From: Desulfosarcina sp.
GTDB lineage: Bacteria > Desulfobacterota > Desulfobacteria > Desulfobacterales > Desulfosarcinaceae
DNA: 63,572 nucleotides
Reading direction: 5' to 3'
Assembly: GCA_050124445.1 (NCBI GenBank)
Contig: JASFFF010000001.1
Coordinates: 1 to 63,572 of the forward strand
The notes under the pieces were generated by a model that did not search any database, had not been told where the DNA came from, and worked only from the letters and a program-made list of their open reading frames with translations. Position 1 is the first letter of the stretch. The number at the start of each line of letters is the position of its first letter. The translations under genes were made by a program, and so were the position numbers. Shown piece by piece: positions 22,347 to 32,242 of the stretch.

Positions 22347-22554
22347 CCATGCTGCAGAACCCTGCAGCGGAAGGGAGCAGACGAAATGGTAACCCAACCG
22401 TCGTTCTCGGTACAGATGTGCTCGATAAGATAAGATAGACCGGTTGGCGGCACCGGGACTGGCCCGGGGCCAGACCCTTCTGTCCTGACCTGAAAGGCGG
22501 TCGACCCAACCGATAGTTGTTTTACCATCAACTACCCAGAGGAGAATCAAGACC

Positions 22555-23118
22555 ATGCAGCCGATCGGACCTGTAAACGCTCTGTATCCCATGCCCACCA
22601 CACTGGTGGGTGTCACTGTCAACGCCAAGCCCAATTTTTTGGCCGTGGCGCATGTGGGCATTTTGAATCACGGCACACCCCAGTACCTGTCCATCGGTCT
22701 GGGCAAGGTGCACTATTCCAATGCCGGGATTCACGAAAACCGAACCTTTAGCATTTGCCTGCCGTCTGAAGATCTCATGGTTCAGACCGACTATTGCGGT
22801 ATCATGACCGGCAAAAAGACCGACAAAGCCGCGTTATTCGACCTTTTTTACGGCGAACTCGAAACGGCGCCCATGATCCGCCAATGTCCGGTCAACATGG
22901 AGCTCAAGCTTTATGATGTGGTCGATTTTCCGACCCACGATATCTTTATTGGTGAACTGGTACAGACATACGCCGATGACACTGTCATTGAGGACGGTAA
23001 AATTAATATTGCCCGGGTCAAGCCCTTGCTGTTCGATATGGCCAGTGTGCAGTACTGGCAACTGGGGCGTGCTGTGGGCAAGTGCTGGAATGTGGGCAAA
23101 ACCTTGAAACAGCAGTGA
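22555..23118 (+). CDS. Flavin reductase family protein (flavoredoxin-like)
   Basis: LYPMPTTLVG, KPNF, DYCG..TG, AP.I..CP..ME, H..FIGE; GAGGAG RBS. Confidence 0.88.
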   Translation: MQPIGPVNALYPMPTTLVGVTVNAKPNFLAVAHVGILNHGTPQYLSIGLGKVHYSNAGIHENRTFSICLPSEDLMVQTDYCGIMTGKKTDKAALFDLFYGELETAPMIRQCPVNMELKLYDVVDFPTHDIFIGELVQTYADDTVIEDGKINIARVKPLLFDMASVQYWQLGRAVGKCWNVGKTLKQQ

Positions 23119-23217
23119 CCCGGCATTGAGAGCATTGCATTAAGATGGGTCCGGAGCCAAGATGAAACGGTGCAGCCGAATTCGGCTGCACCGTTGCGGG
23201 TTGATCGGCAATGTCCG

Positions 23218-25326
23218 TCAGGCGGCGTTTTGATCGTCGGACGCAGCTTGAATAAGCACCGGTTTGTCCGGATTATAGCAGATGCGGCAGCAGAAGAGGC
23301 AGCGGCCGGCTTCGTATTTGGCATCGGCTTCACTGATTACCTTATCCACCTCGACCATGGAATCGATGCGTTCGGCCACTTCCAACTCGGGCATGGGTGT
23401 GCGCTTGGACGGAACCACGCCCGGCACCGATTTGAACAGGGATTCGGGAATGTGCCGATTGAGCAATGATTTCGGATGGCCCTGGATCTCTTCACCGGTC
23501 ATGTATTGGTGTATGGATCGGGCCGCCCGGCGCCCCGCACCGATGGCATCCACCACCAGGGCCGGACCCGTGGCCACATCACCGCCGGTAAACAGGTAAG
23601 GTAGGCTGCAACGCAGAATTTCCGGGTCATTGTCGAAGGTGTTCCAGCGGGTCATGCTGATGGCTTCTTTTTCGGGCTCATTGTCAAGGAAAGTGATGTC
23701 CGGCTGTTGGCTGATGGCCGAAATGACCATGTCGACATCCAGCACCGTCTCCGAACCTTCAATGGGTACCGGCCGGCGACGGCCGCTGGCGTCGGGTTCT
23801 CCCAGTTCCATCTGCAGGTATTCCAGCCCCTTGACGTTGCCCTGGCCGTCATCTAAAACCCGCGTCGGTGCGGCCAGAAACTGGAATTTGATGCCCTCAT
23901 GTTCGGAGGCCACAATTTCGACTTCGTTGGCCGGCATCTCCTTGCGTGTACGACGATAAACGATATAGACCTCTTCACATCCCAAGCGCAGCAGGGTCCG
24001 CACGCAGTCGATGGCCGAGTTGCCGCCGCCCACCACTGCTGCACGTTTACCAACCGGAATGCGCTTTTCCGGGTGGTTGGCCACGGTGGACAGAAAATTG
24101 ATGCCCTGCCAGACACCATGGAGGTCTTCGCCCTTGATGCCCAGGGTGTAGTCTTTCCAGGCACCGATCCCCATGAAAATTGCCTCATAGCCCTCTTCAT
24201 GCAGGGATTGAATCGTAAAATCCTCTCCCAGGTGTTGGTTGTAATGCACATCGATACCCAGATTTAAAATGCCCTCGATTTCCCAATCCAGCACCGCGTC
24301 AGGCAAGCGATATTCGGGTATGCCGTAGCGGGTAATGCCGCCCAGTTTGGACATGCCTTCGTAGATGGTGGGGTGATGGCCCAGACGTCTCAAGAAATAG
24401 GCGCAACTGACACCTGCCGGGCCGCCGCCGATAATGGCCACACGCCGGCCCGTATCCGGAGCACAAGCGATGGGGAAGCGTCGGCCGCTGTTCATTTCAT
24501 AGTCGGCCACGAAGCGTTTGAGCTGGTTGATGGATACCGGTTCGTCCTCGATGCCCCGGCGGCAGTAATCCTCGCAGGGATGCGGACACACCCGGCCGCA
24601 GGAGAGCAGCAGCGGGTTTCGCTCACGAATGGTGTTGACGGCACCTTCGTAGTCGCCTTCCTTGATCAGGCGGATATATTTGGGGATGTCGATCTCGGCC
24701 GGGCAGGTCTGCTGGCAAGGGGCCAGGGCCTGATCCTCCTGGTTGAACACCAGCAGCCGCTGGGACATGGTCTTGACCGAGAGCAACCCTTTGGGGCAGG
24801 CCGTCTCGCAGGCGCCGCAGCCCACGCACTTGAATTCGTCGATTACCGGGAAGCCCTCGGGGCCCATGTGGATGGCGTCGAACTGACAGGAATGGACGCA
24901 GTCACCCATCCCTAAGCAACCGATGCTGCACACCCGTTTGCCGCCATACAACGCAGTCATGGCGGAGCAGGTCATGGCCCCGTTGTAGATGAATTTATCG
25001 TCGGCGCGGTCGCCGCCAAGGCAGGGATTGAGGGATTTCAGCGGTTCGGCCGTTCCCGGGTCAACGCCCATGACGTTGGCAATATTGATCGCAGCCTCGG
25101 AATCGGCGGCCACGCAAATGTTGGGGCCGGCCTTGCCTTCGACGATGGCCACGGCCGCGGCCCCGCAGCCGGCAAAGCCGCATCCGCCGCAGTTGGCGCC
25201 GGCCATGAAGTATTCGACTTCGGCGATACGCGGGTCTTCATACACATAAAAGACTTTGGAGGCAACACTGAGGATGATGCCGCAGGTTGCGCCAATGCCC
25301 AGCATGACGAGAATAGCGATGGTCAC
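23218..25326 (-). CDS. rnfB: RnfB fused to a GltD/NfnB-like FAD/NADPH oxidoreductase
   Basis: N-terminal TM plus GANCGGCG FeS domain and ferredoxin motifs, then PC..TCP / CGRVCP..CE..C, GGGPAG, GGGNSA...YRR, GGD..TGP. Confidence 0.85.
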   Translation of the reverse strand: MTIAILVMLGIGATCGIILSVASKVFYVYEDPRIAEVEYFMAGANCGGCGFAGCGAAAVAIVEGKAGPNICVAADSEAAINIANVMGVDPGTAEPLKSLNPCLGGDRADDKFIYNGAMTCSAMTALYGGKRVCSIGCLGMGDCVHSCQFDAIHMGPEGFPVIDEFKCVGCGACETACPKGLLSVKTMSQRLLVFNQEDQALAPCQQTCPAEIDIPKYIRLIKEGDYEGAVNTIRERNPLLLSCGRVCPHPCEDYCRRGIEDEPVSINQLKRFVADYEMNSGRRFPIACAPDTGRRVAIIGGGPAGVSCAYFLRRLGHHPTIYEGMSKLGGITRYGIPEYRLPDAVLDWEIEGILNLGIDVHYNQHLGEDFTIQSLHEEGYEAIFMGIGAWKDYTLGIKGEDLHGVWQGINFLSTVANHPEKRIPVGKRAAVVGGGNSAIDCVRTLLRLGCEEVYIVYRRTRKEMPANEVEIVASEHEGIKFQFLAAPTRVLDDGQGNVKGLEYLQMELGEPDASGRRRPVPIEGSETVLDVDMVISAISQQPDITFLDNEPEKEAISMTRWNTFDNDPEILRCSLPYLFTGGDVATGPALVVDAIGAGRRAARSIHQYMTGEEIQGHPKSLLNRHIPESLFKSVPGVVPSKRTPMPELEVAERIDSMVEVDKVISEADAKYEAGRCLFCCRICYNPDKPVLIQAASDDQNAA

Positions 25327-25576
25327 GAAAACCTCCTTGAATCACGATCAATGATTGATTGTTTTCAACCGGGTACTGTGCACCCGGTAACAACCGCAAC
25401 CATTAGCGCACTAAGGTGCTTTTGCCGTTCCGGCCGTTGGCCGGAAATTTCAAGCCACCCGCCTTGCGGGTGGTCGTTTGACTCCCTTAATTGGGAGATA
25501 CCAAACCTTATAGGTGTTCCAAATCAACCGGTACTGTCTAATATGCCTGTGGTTCGCAGTCAATCCCAAGTCGCAT

Positions 25577-25611
25577 AAAAAACCGTTTGGAACCCAGGCG
25601 CTCCAAACGGT
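25577..25611 (-). terminator. Rho-independent terminator between rnfA and rnfB
   Basis: Minus strand ACCGTTTGGA-loop-TCCAAACGG followed by TTTTTT. Confidence 0.7.
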
Positions 25612-25662
25612 ATCGGTTAATCAGCGTTTTGTCTGCTCCCGTTAAGCACCCGAAGCTGCCGC

Positions 25663-26235
25663 CTACACCATGCCCCGGAAGGCATAGAAACTCAGCGAGA
25701 TGACACCGGCGGCGATCAGGGCGATGGATGTGTCCTGCAACGGACGGGGTACCCGGGCCAGCAGGATGCGCTCGCGCAGGCCGGCGAAAATGATCAGGGC
25801 CAGGCCGAAACCGGCGGCATAGCCGAAAGAGGTGACCAGCGCAGGCAGGAACTCGAGCTCCTTGTCGATATTGAGGACACAGGCGCCGAAGACAGCACAG
25901 TTGGTGGTAATCAGGGGGAGAAAGATTCCCAGACCGGCGTAAAGCCCGGGGATGCTTTTTTTAAGGAACATTTCCACGAACTGGACCAGGGAGGCGATCA
26001 CCAGGATAAAGGCGATCGTTCTCAGGTAAACCAGCTTGTACGGTTCGAGCAGGTATTCGAAGATGACCCAGGTAATCACGCCGGCCATGACCAGGACGAA
26101 GATGACGGCCATGGACATGCCCAACGCGGTTTCCATCTTCTTAGATGTGCCCAAAAAGGGGCAGTTTCCCAAAAACTGTGCCAGCAGGATGTTGTTGACG
26201 AAGATGGTGGCGACGATGATTTCAATATATTCCAT
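25663..26235 (-). CDS. rnfA: Rnf complex subunit A
   Basis: NN..L..FLG.CPF.G, LGIFLPLITTNCAV. Confidence 0.93.
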   Translation of the reverse strand: MEYIEIIVATIFVNNILLAQFLGNCPFLGTSKKMETALGMSMAVIFVLVMAGVITWVIFEYLLEPYKLVYLRTIAFILVIASLVQFVEMFLKKSIPGLYAGLGIFLPLITTNCAVFGACVLNIDKELEFLPALVTSFGYAAGFGLALIIFAGLRERILLARVPRPLQDTSIALIAAGVISLSFYAFRGMV

Positions 26236-26255
26236 GGTAGCTTAGCTCCTCGCTG

Positions 26256-26879
26256 CTATTTGCTGGGGATCAAGTTCATCGCGCAGAGCAACAAACCCAG
26301 GATTACAAAGGCACCCGGCGCCTGGACGGCAAAGCCCAATGGTTCGAACGAGGCGCCGAAGATGTTTGCAAAATCCCAGGTAATCAAACCGAACACATCG
26401 CCTTTCAGCGAACCGGTGCCAATCAGCTCGCGAACGGCGCCCAGCAGCCCCAGGGCCCAGGTGAAACCCAGCCCGATGCCCAGTCCGTCGGCAGTCGATT
26501 TGAATAAACCGTTTTTTGAGGCAAACGCCTCGGCCCGCCCAAGCACCACACAGTTGACCACGATCAGGGGAATGAAGACGCCCAGATCCAGAAAAAGACC
26601 GTAGGCGAAGGCCGCCATCATCTGTTCGACCACGATCACGAAGGTGGCAATGATGATAATGAAACAGGCGATGCGCACCTTGGCCGGGATCACCTTTCTG
26701 AGCAGGGAAACCAGAATGTTGGAACAGAGCAGGACGAAGGTGGTGGCCAGCCCCATGCCGATGCCGTTTTTCATGGAAGTGGTCACACCCAGCACCGGAC
26801 AGAGACCGAGAACCAGCCGAAACGGGGGTACCTCTTTCCAGAGGCCTTTGGTAAATTCGTAAGCAATCGATTTGGCCAT
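26256..26879 (-). CDS. rnfE: Rnf complex subunit E
   Basis: LGLCP.L.VT, IPLIVVNC..LGRAEAFA, APGAF. Confidence 0.93.
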   Translation of the reverse strand: MAKSIAYEFTKGLWKEVPPFRLVLGLCPVLGVTTSMKNGIGMGLATTFVLLCSNILVSLLRKVIPAKVRIACFIIIIATFVIVVEQMMAAFAYGLFLDLGVFIPLIVVNCVVLGRAEAFASKNGLFKSTADGLGIGLGFTWALGLLGAVRELIGTGSLKGDVFGLITWDFANIFGASFEPLGFAVQAPGAFVILGLLLCAMNLIPSK

Positions 26880-26893
26880 TGTGGTAGACTCCT

Positions 26894-27487
26894 TTACTTG
26901 CCCAAGCCTTTGATTTTTTCTTCCAGCTGCGGTTTCAGTTGGTTGTAGCTCGCCACGGCATTGTTGACGCCAACGCAGACGGCCCGCGAGGTGATTGTGG
27001 CGCCGCTCAGGGCGCTTATCTGGCCACCGTCGGTGGTGACGCCAAAGGATTCGGTGATGCTTTTATCCACAAATTGGGCCGCAAAACCGGGATCGCTCTT
27101 GGCGTTGGCACCCAGACCGGGGGTCTCCGTATGCGTGGTCACGGCGACACCGCGCAGCGTCTCCTCGACCATGTTGACCGCTACCACCATGCCGATCTTG
27201 CCACCGTACCCGTTGGCACTGGCCTCCATGACCACCGTGTTCGCCGTTCCGTCGAATACGCCTACGAAAACGTTACGTTCAACATCACCATCTTGGATCT
27301 TGAACCGATCCTCTACGGGATCGTTGTCGGCCGCTTCAAGAATTTGACGGATGGCAGGGCCTTTGACCAGGTTCATGACCTGGTTTTCGATCTTGGGCTC
27401 GGTAAAGTCCTTCAGCCAGGAAAGACTGCCTCCCGAAACGATGCTCAGCACGGTCAGGACGACTACCATTTTGATCATTTCACCCAT
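26894..27487 (-). CDS. rnfG: Rnf complex subunit G
   Basis: N-terminal TM, GYGG.I, ETPGLG, FMN-attachment SGATITS. Confidence 0.92.
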   Translation of the reverse strand: MGEMIKMVVVLTVLSIVSGGSLSWLKDFTEPKIENQVMNLVKGPAIRQILEAADNDPVEDRFKIQDGDVERNVFVGVFDGTANTVVMEASANGYGGKIGMVVAVNMVEETLRGVAVTTHTETPGLGANAKSDPGFAAQFVDKSITESFGVTTDGGQISALSGATITSRAVCVGVNNAVASYNQLKPQLEEKIKGLGK

Positions 27488-27488
27488 G

Positions 27489-28451
27489 TTACGCTACCTT
27501 TCCAATCGCCTTGGGTCTGATCTTGTCGACCAGCGGATTAATCAGGTTGATCAGGAGAATCGCGAAGATCACGCCATCCACGTAGGTGCCGATGTTGCGG
27601 ATCAATACGGTCATGATACCGCCCAGGGCGCCGTAGATCAGCATGGGAATGAAGTTGACGGGTGAGGACGAGGACTCGGTGGCCAGAAAGAAGGCCCCGA
27701 TCAGGGTATAGCCGGTGAGGAGGTGAAATACCGGTGGCGCATAGCTGGCCGGATCGGCCATATTGAACAGCATGGCGCTGATGAAAACACCGGCGATAAA
27801 AGCAATGCTGATCTCCCAACGGATGATTCCGCGCAGCATGAGATAGATGCCGCCGATGGTCAGGGCCAGTCCGCAGCCGCTGCCCAGGCCGCCCACCTGC
27901 TTGCCCATGAACAGGTCGAGGGAGCTGAGGTTTTCAACGGCCGCCGGGCCGAAGGCTTTCAGGGCGGCCAGTGGGTCGGTGGCCGACGGGAAATCGAGTG
28001 AAAAGTTGACCAGGCCCGCGTCGAAGTCCAGATGGTTGGTGTAGGAGACCAATAAAATGGCGATCGCCAGGGCCACCGGATTGAACGGATTGGCACCGAT
28101 GCCGCCGAAGATCTGCAGGCCGATGACGATGGCCAAAAACGTACCCACGATCACCAGCCACCAGGGGGCCGATGCGGGCAGCACCATGGCGGTCAGCAGT
28201 CCGATCAGGGCGGCATTGCCGTTGCCCACGGTAATGGGCCGTTTTCCGGCATAATTGAACAGCAGTTCCCAGATAATCGCCGATGAGATGGCCAGGCTGA
28301 TAACGCCCAACGCCGGCGCCCCGTAGTGGGCGATTCCCACCAAGGCCGCCGGCAGGGCGGCGATGATGGTGTGGTAACTGCGCTCGGGAATCCCGCTGCC
28401 GTCATGCCAGAAGGGTGCGTGGGAAACAATTAGCGTCTTCTTACTATTCAT
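27489..28451 (-). CDS. rnfD: Rnf complex subunit D
   Basis: Polytopic; IFGG.G.NPFNP, GAFFLAT...S.P, FAILL.N...PL.D. Confidence 0.9.
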   Translation of the reverse strand: MNSKKTLIVSHAPFWHDGSGIPERSYHTIIAALPAALVGIAHYGAPALGVISLAISSAIIWELLFNYAGKRPITVGNGNAALIGLLTAMVLPASAPWWLVIVGTFLAIVIGLQIFGGIGANPFNPVALAIAILLVSYTNHLDFDAGLVNFSLDFPSATDPLAALKAFGPAAVENLSSLDLFMGKQVGGLGSGCGLALTIGGIYLMLRGIIRWEISIAFIAGVFISAMLFNMADPASYAPPVFHLLTGYTLIGAFFLATESSSSPVNFIPMLIYGALGGIMTVLIRNIGTYVDGVIFAILLINLINPLVDKIRPKAIGKVA

Positions 28452-29724
28452 TCATCTCCTCCGCGAATGTGATCCGGCCAAGTTCATATTTTGCCAGTTT
28501 GATGTACTGAAAGATGGGTATGCGTGAAACACAGACGTAGCTGCACAGGCCGCACTCGATGCAAGAGTAGAGGTCGTAAAGGTCGGCACCTTCATTGTAC
28601 TGGCCTGCCTCCAGAAAGCGCACCAATAGATTCACCGGCACGTTGGCCGGACAGATACTAACGCAGTCGCCACAATTGACGCAGGGATAGTCGCTGTAGA
28701 GGGGAATGACGCTTTTGTCTTGGACCATGATGGCATCGGTATCCGGACCGATGGGCAGCCTCTCGCTGTAAATGGCCTGGCCGGTCATGGGGCCACCGAA
28801 GATGATTTTGTCCTGGTCGTTGACTTGGATACCGAATCGATCCAGCAAGCGACCCACCGGTGTTCCCAGCCGGGCCCGAGCCATGTGTTTGCCCCCTTGC
28901 TTGTCGATGACGGTGACCACCTTTTCCACCGGCAGCTCACCGGAAGTAAAGGCCTGGCCGATGGCGGCCACTGCCTCGGCGCGAATGAAATGGATGCCCA
29001 TGGCGGTCATGCCCTGCTCATCGGGCAGTCGCCCGGTCAGGTGATAAAGGACCATGAGCGGCTGGGCAAGTGGATATTGCGATGGTACGGCATGCAGGCG
29101 GGCATCTAAATGGCCAGAGTAGTTTTGCACGCTCTCTTCGGGAACCACGATCACGATGTCTTCGATGCCGGTGGCTTTTCTCAAAATGTCGATGCCTGCA
29201 TTGACTGCCGCAGCGCTGTTTTTGAACACATACAGGCTGGTATCGACGAGCAGGTCGGCGTTGCCGGCATAGATCACCAGGGTCTGTACGGGATTGCGTG
29301 CATCCATCAGCGGACCGAAATCGGGCTCACCGGGACAGGCAGCCAGAAATCGATCCAGGGTCTCCAGTGAAGGCGTATCCCTAACCGTTGAAAATTCAGG
29401 GTCCACCGTTTCGCTGCTTTCAACGTTCACGGTGACTGCCGTCCACGCCTGTCCGTAATCGGCCAGAAAGGGTTCAATGGCGCCGATGGTGCCGGTGACC
29501 GATGAGATGGCGCAGGCGCCGTCGCCGTTCCCCAGTGCCAACCGTTGGCCGGTAGCTACCGCTGTGCCGACTTTCAACGCGCTGCTGGTTCGTTTGAGTT
29601 CCTGCTTGATGTAGAGGGTGACCGCATCCGGTGTCGGGATGCTTACCGGATGAGCGCCGGCGCCGGTGGCCAATTCGTATTGGAAGGTGGGTTTGGACAG
29701 ACCGAAAAATGATCGTTTAAGCAT
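28444..29724 (-). CDS. rnfC: RnfC-like subunit (degenerate FMN/NADH domain, SLBB, two 4Fe-4S)
   Basis: SSVTGTI, GTPV, FGGPMTG, CVNCGDCVSICP, CIECGLCSYVC; first rnf gene of the cluster. Confidence 0.85.
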   Translation of the reverse strand: MLKRSFFGLSKPTFQYELATGAGAHPVSIPTPDAVTLYIKQELKRTSSALKVGTAVATGQRLALGNGDGACAISSVTGTIGAIEPFLADYGQAWTAVTVNVESSETVDPEFSTVRDTPSLETLDRFLAACPGEPDFGPLMDARNPVQTLVIYAGNADLLVDTSLYVFKNSAAAVNAGIDILRKATGIEDIVIVVPEESVQNYSGHLDARLHAVPSQYPLAQPLMVLYHLTGRLPDEQGMTAMGIHFIRAEAVAAIGQAFTSGELPVEKVVTVIDKQGGKHMARARLGTPVGRLLDRFGIQVNDQDKIIFGGPMTGQAIYSERLPIGPDTDAIMVQDKSVIPLYSDYPCVNCGDCVSICPANVPVNLLVRFLEAGQYNEGADLYDLYSCIECGLCSYVCVSRIPIFQYIKLAKYELGRITFAEEMNE

Positions 29725-29798
29725 GGCTCAACCTTTTATTGGTGCCGCGGTGAAAGATGATACCGTCGAGACAGATACATGGATGGGGGCTGCCTCGA

Positions 29799-30248
29799 TT
29801 AAAGGACGTGACAAGCAGAGCAGTTTTCCGAACCAGATTGCGGTCCTGCCTCGAAGGCCTCGTGGCATTCGATGCACTGCTGGTGGAATGCATCCGTCCG
29901 GCCCGGTACTTCCGACCCCTCGATTTCGTCCTCATCGTGGCAATCCAGGCAGCTTTCCGGAAGAGAACCGTCTTCCGCCGGATCTTGGTGGCACTCCCCG
30001 CAGGCAACCAAGGAGCTTTCGTCGTCGTCCCCCGGATGATGGTGGCAGTCGTAGCAGGATGCCCCATAACCGGATGGGTCACTGTGGGTGTAATGGTCAA
30101 ACAGGACTTTCCCGGCATTGGTGTGGTACATGATCCGGATTGGCTCTTCGGGCGCTTGGGTCGGAAAGGCGGCATAGCAGACGATGCCGACAAGTAACAG
30201 GTGGATTGCCAAACCGTAAGCAAACAACAGCTGTTTCTTCGACGTCAT
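29799..30248 (-). CDS. Membrane-anchored or exported pentaheme class III cytochrome c (DhcA position)
   Basis: N-terminal hydrophobic segment, VLFDH..H, five CxxCH (CYDCH, CGECH, CLDCH, CIECH, CSACH); directly upstream of rnfC. Confidence 0.88.
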   Translation of the reverse strand: MTSKKQLLFAYGLAIHLLLVGIVCYAAFPTQAPEEPIRIMYHTNAGKVLFDHYTHSDPSGYGASCYDCHHHPGDDDESSLVACGECHQDPAEDGSLPESCLDCHDEDEIEGSEVPGRTDAFHQQCIECHEAFEAGPQSGSENCSACHVL

Positions 30249-30631
30249 GTGGTCTCGATCCTTTTGGCGTAGGGTTGTAGAACAATGTGGGCAAAAAAAA
30301 TCAAACCATCGACTATCATAATGCTCAAAAGCTTTCAAGGCTTTATTTGGAAGCTGTTCAAATACTTGAAAATAATTTGAATTAATAAATTATTGGGCCG
30401 CAAAAAGAGGCCATAAAAGCGACCTGAGAAAGCCCGGCTGATTGCGGTTCCGGCGCGCTGCCCAAACGGGTGTGAACACTGCTGAAACAGTCCAGAATCG
30501 GGGGCAATCAGTTGGCATCACGCAGCCGGCGCCCGACTGAATGGACGGGTTCAACAGGCAGACGGTATTGTTGCGGTGGTAGGAGAAGACACTCAATTTG
30601 CGGCGGTCGTTGCCTGCGTGCATCTGCGGGA

Positions 30632-32191
30632 TCAACGGCTGGCGGGAACCCCTACCGACGGAAAACGGGTGGTGTCCGTGTGAGGTAAGAACTTGGCCGC
30701 GGAAAAGCGGTTCATAAAATCCTGGTTCACATTCAACTCCATATAGGTGATGCTGTCGCGAATGCGATCGATACGATCGATGCATGCGGGCGCTTGCAGG
30801 ACCCGCGTGGCGCCGCCAAGGGAGCTGTTGCCCAGGCTATGGTAACGCGCCAGTGGCAGGTCCGGAATCATACCGATGGCGATGGCCGATGCAGGGTCGA
30901 TGTACGCGCCGAAGGTTCCGGCCACAAAAAAGGTATCCAGATCCCTTTGCTGCATACCCACACTGCCGGTGATGGTTTCCAGAATGGTGTACATGGCGGC
31001 TTTGGAGCGGATCAGGCTGTCCAGGTCGGCTTGGGTGATACACAGGTCACGGCCGGTCGCCGAGCAATCGGCCGGTACGATGGTCAAATGTGCCAGGTCG
31101 TTTTTTACCCGCAATCGGTGGCCGCAGCGGTGGGGCAGCAGTTTGCCCCGGATATCAATCATGCCTGCGCGAAACAAGGCAGCGGCCAGGTCGATGACGC
31201 CGGATCCGCAAATCCCACGCGGCGGTTGGTTGTCGATGGTGCGGATTTCAAAATCGAGGGTGTCCGCATGGATGGCAATGCGGTCGATGACGCCCGGCCC
31301 GGCGGTCGTCCCCATGCGGGTGACGCCGCTTTCCAGCGCCGGGCCTGCCGCACCGGCGCAGGCCATCATCCAATGGCGGTTTCCCAGCACCACCTCTGCG
31401 TTGGTACCCACGTCCACCAGGATGGCCGTTTCATCCCGTTGATCCAGGTCGCAATACAGGATCCCCGCAATCAGGTCTCCGCCAAAGTAGCTGCCTATAT
31501 TGGGAAAGACCAGTGCCCGTGCATGTGGGTGAGCGCATAGGCCCAATTCCCTGGCCTTGATCACGCCGGGCCGGTTTACCGCGGGGATGTAGGGCTCTCG
31601 AATCATCCAGCGTGGATTGAGACCCAACAGCAGGTGGGTCATGGCTGTGTTGCCGGCGATGCTTAACAGGTGGATGTTGTCTGTCTGCACAGCACATCGA
31701 TGGCACAGCGCTGGCAACTGCTCGTTGATGCCATCGACGATAAGGCGATTGAGCTGCTCCAGTCCGCCGGGTGTCTCCACATGATGGATGCGGGTCAGCA
31801 CATCGGGTCCCACGGCCATCTGGGGGTTGTCGAACACCACTTCACCCCGATGCTCGCCGGTGACCAGGTCGATGATGCGCAGCACCACCCGGGTGGTACC
31901 CAGATCCACGGCCAGGCCGCAGCGGGTTTCGGTTGCGGCAGCAGCCGTTAAATGGACCAGGATTCCGGACCCATCGGCATCTTTAAACAGGACGGCGTCG
32001 ACGCGATAGTTCCATTTACGCAACTGGGCGGGCAATTGTTTCAACAGGACCGGATCCATGCGAATGACGCTGGTGTCCAGCGTTTCTTTCAGCGCTGCCG
32101 CCAGTCGGTCCGCGTCGGCGGTATTGTCCGCCAGAGAAGGCGGGGTGAGGGTAACCGTCCTCACCCAACTGTCAAGGGGTGCTGGTGCCAT
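30632..32191 (-). CDS. ASKHA-domain reductive activator of corrinoid proteins (RACo/DUF4445-like)
   Basis: AVDLGTT, G.DV.TRI, AGNT.M.HLL, DVGTNAE, AAGPALE, GICGSG, AGTFG, LPHTD. Confidence 0.85.
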   Translation of the reverse strand: MAPAPLDSWVRTVTLTPPSLADNTADADRLAAALKETLDTSVIRMDPVLLKQLPAQLRKWNYRVDAVLFKDADGSGILVHLTAAAATETRCGLAVDLGTTRVVLRIIDLVTGEHRGEVVFDNPQMAVGPDVLTRIHHVETPGGLEQLNRLIVDGINEQLPALCHRCAVQTDNIHLLSIAGNTAMTHLLLGLNPRWMIREPYIPAVNRPGVIKARELGLCAHPHARALVFPNIGSYFGGDLIAGILYCDLDQRDETAILVDVGTNAEVVLGNRHWMMACAGAAGPALESGVTRMGTTAGPGVIDRIAIHADTLDFEIRTIDNQPPRGICGSGVIDLAAALFRAGMIDIRGKLLPHRCGHRLRVKNDLAHLTIVPADCSATGRDLCITQADLDSLIRSKAAMYTILETITGSVGMQQRDLDTFFVAGTFGAYIDPASAIAIGMIPDLPLARYHSLGNSSLGGATRVLQAPACIDRIDRIRDSITYMELNVNQDFMNRFSAAKFLPHTDTTRFPSVGVPASR

Positions 32192-32242
32192 GATGTTTCC
32201 TGTGCGTATCGAAAGCGGTCATGGGCGTGTGGCTACGGATTC

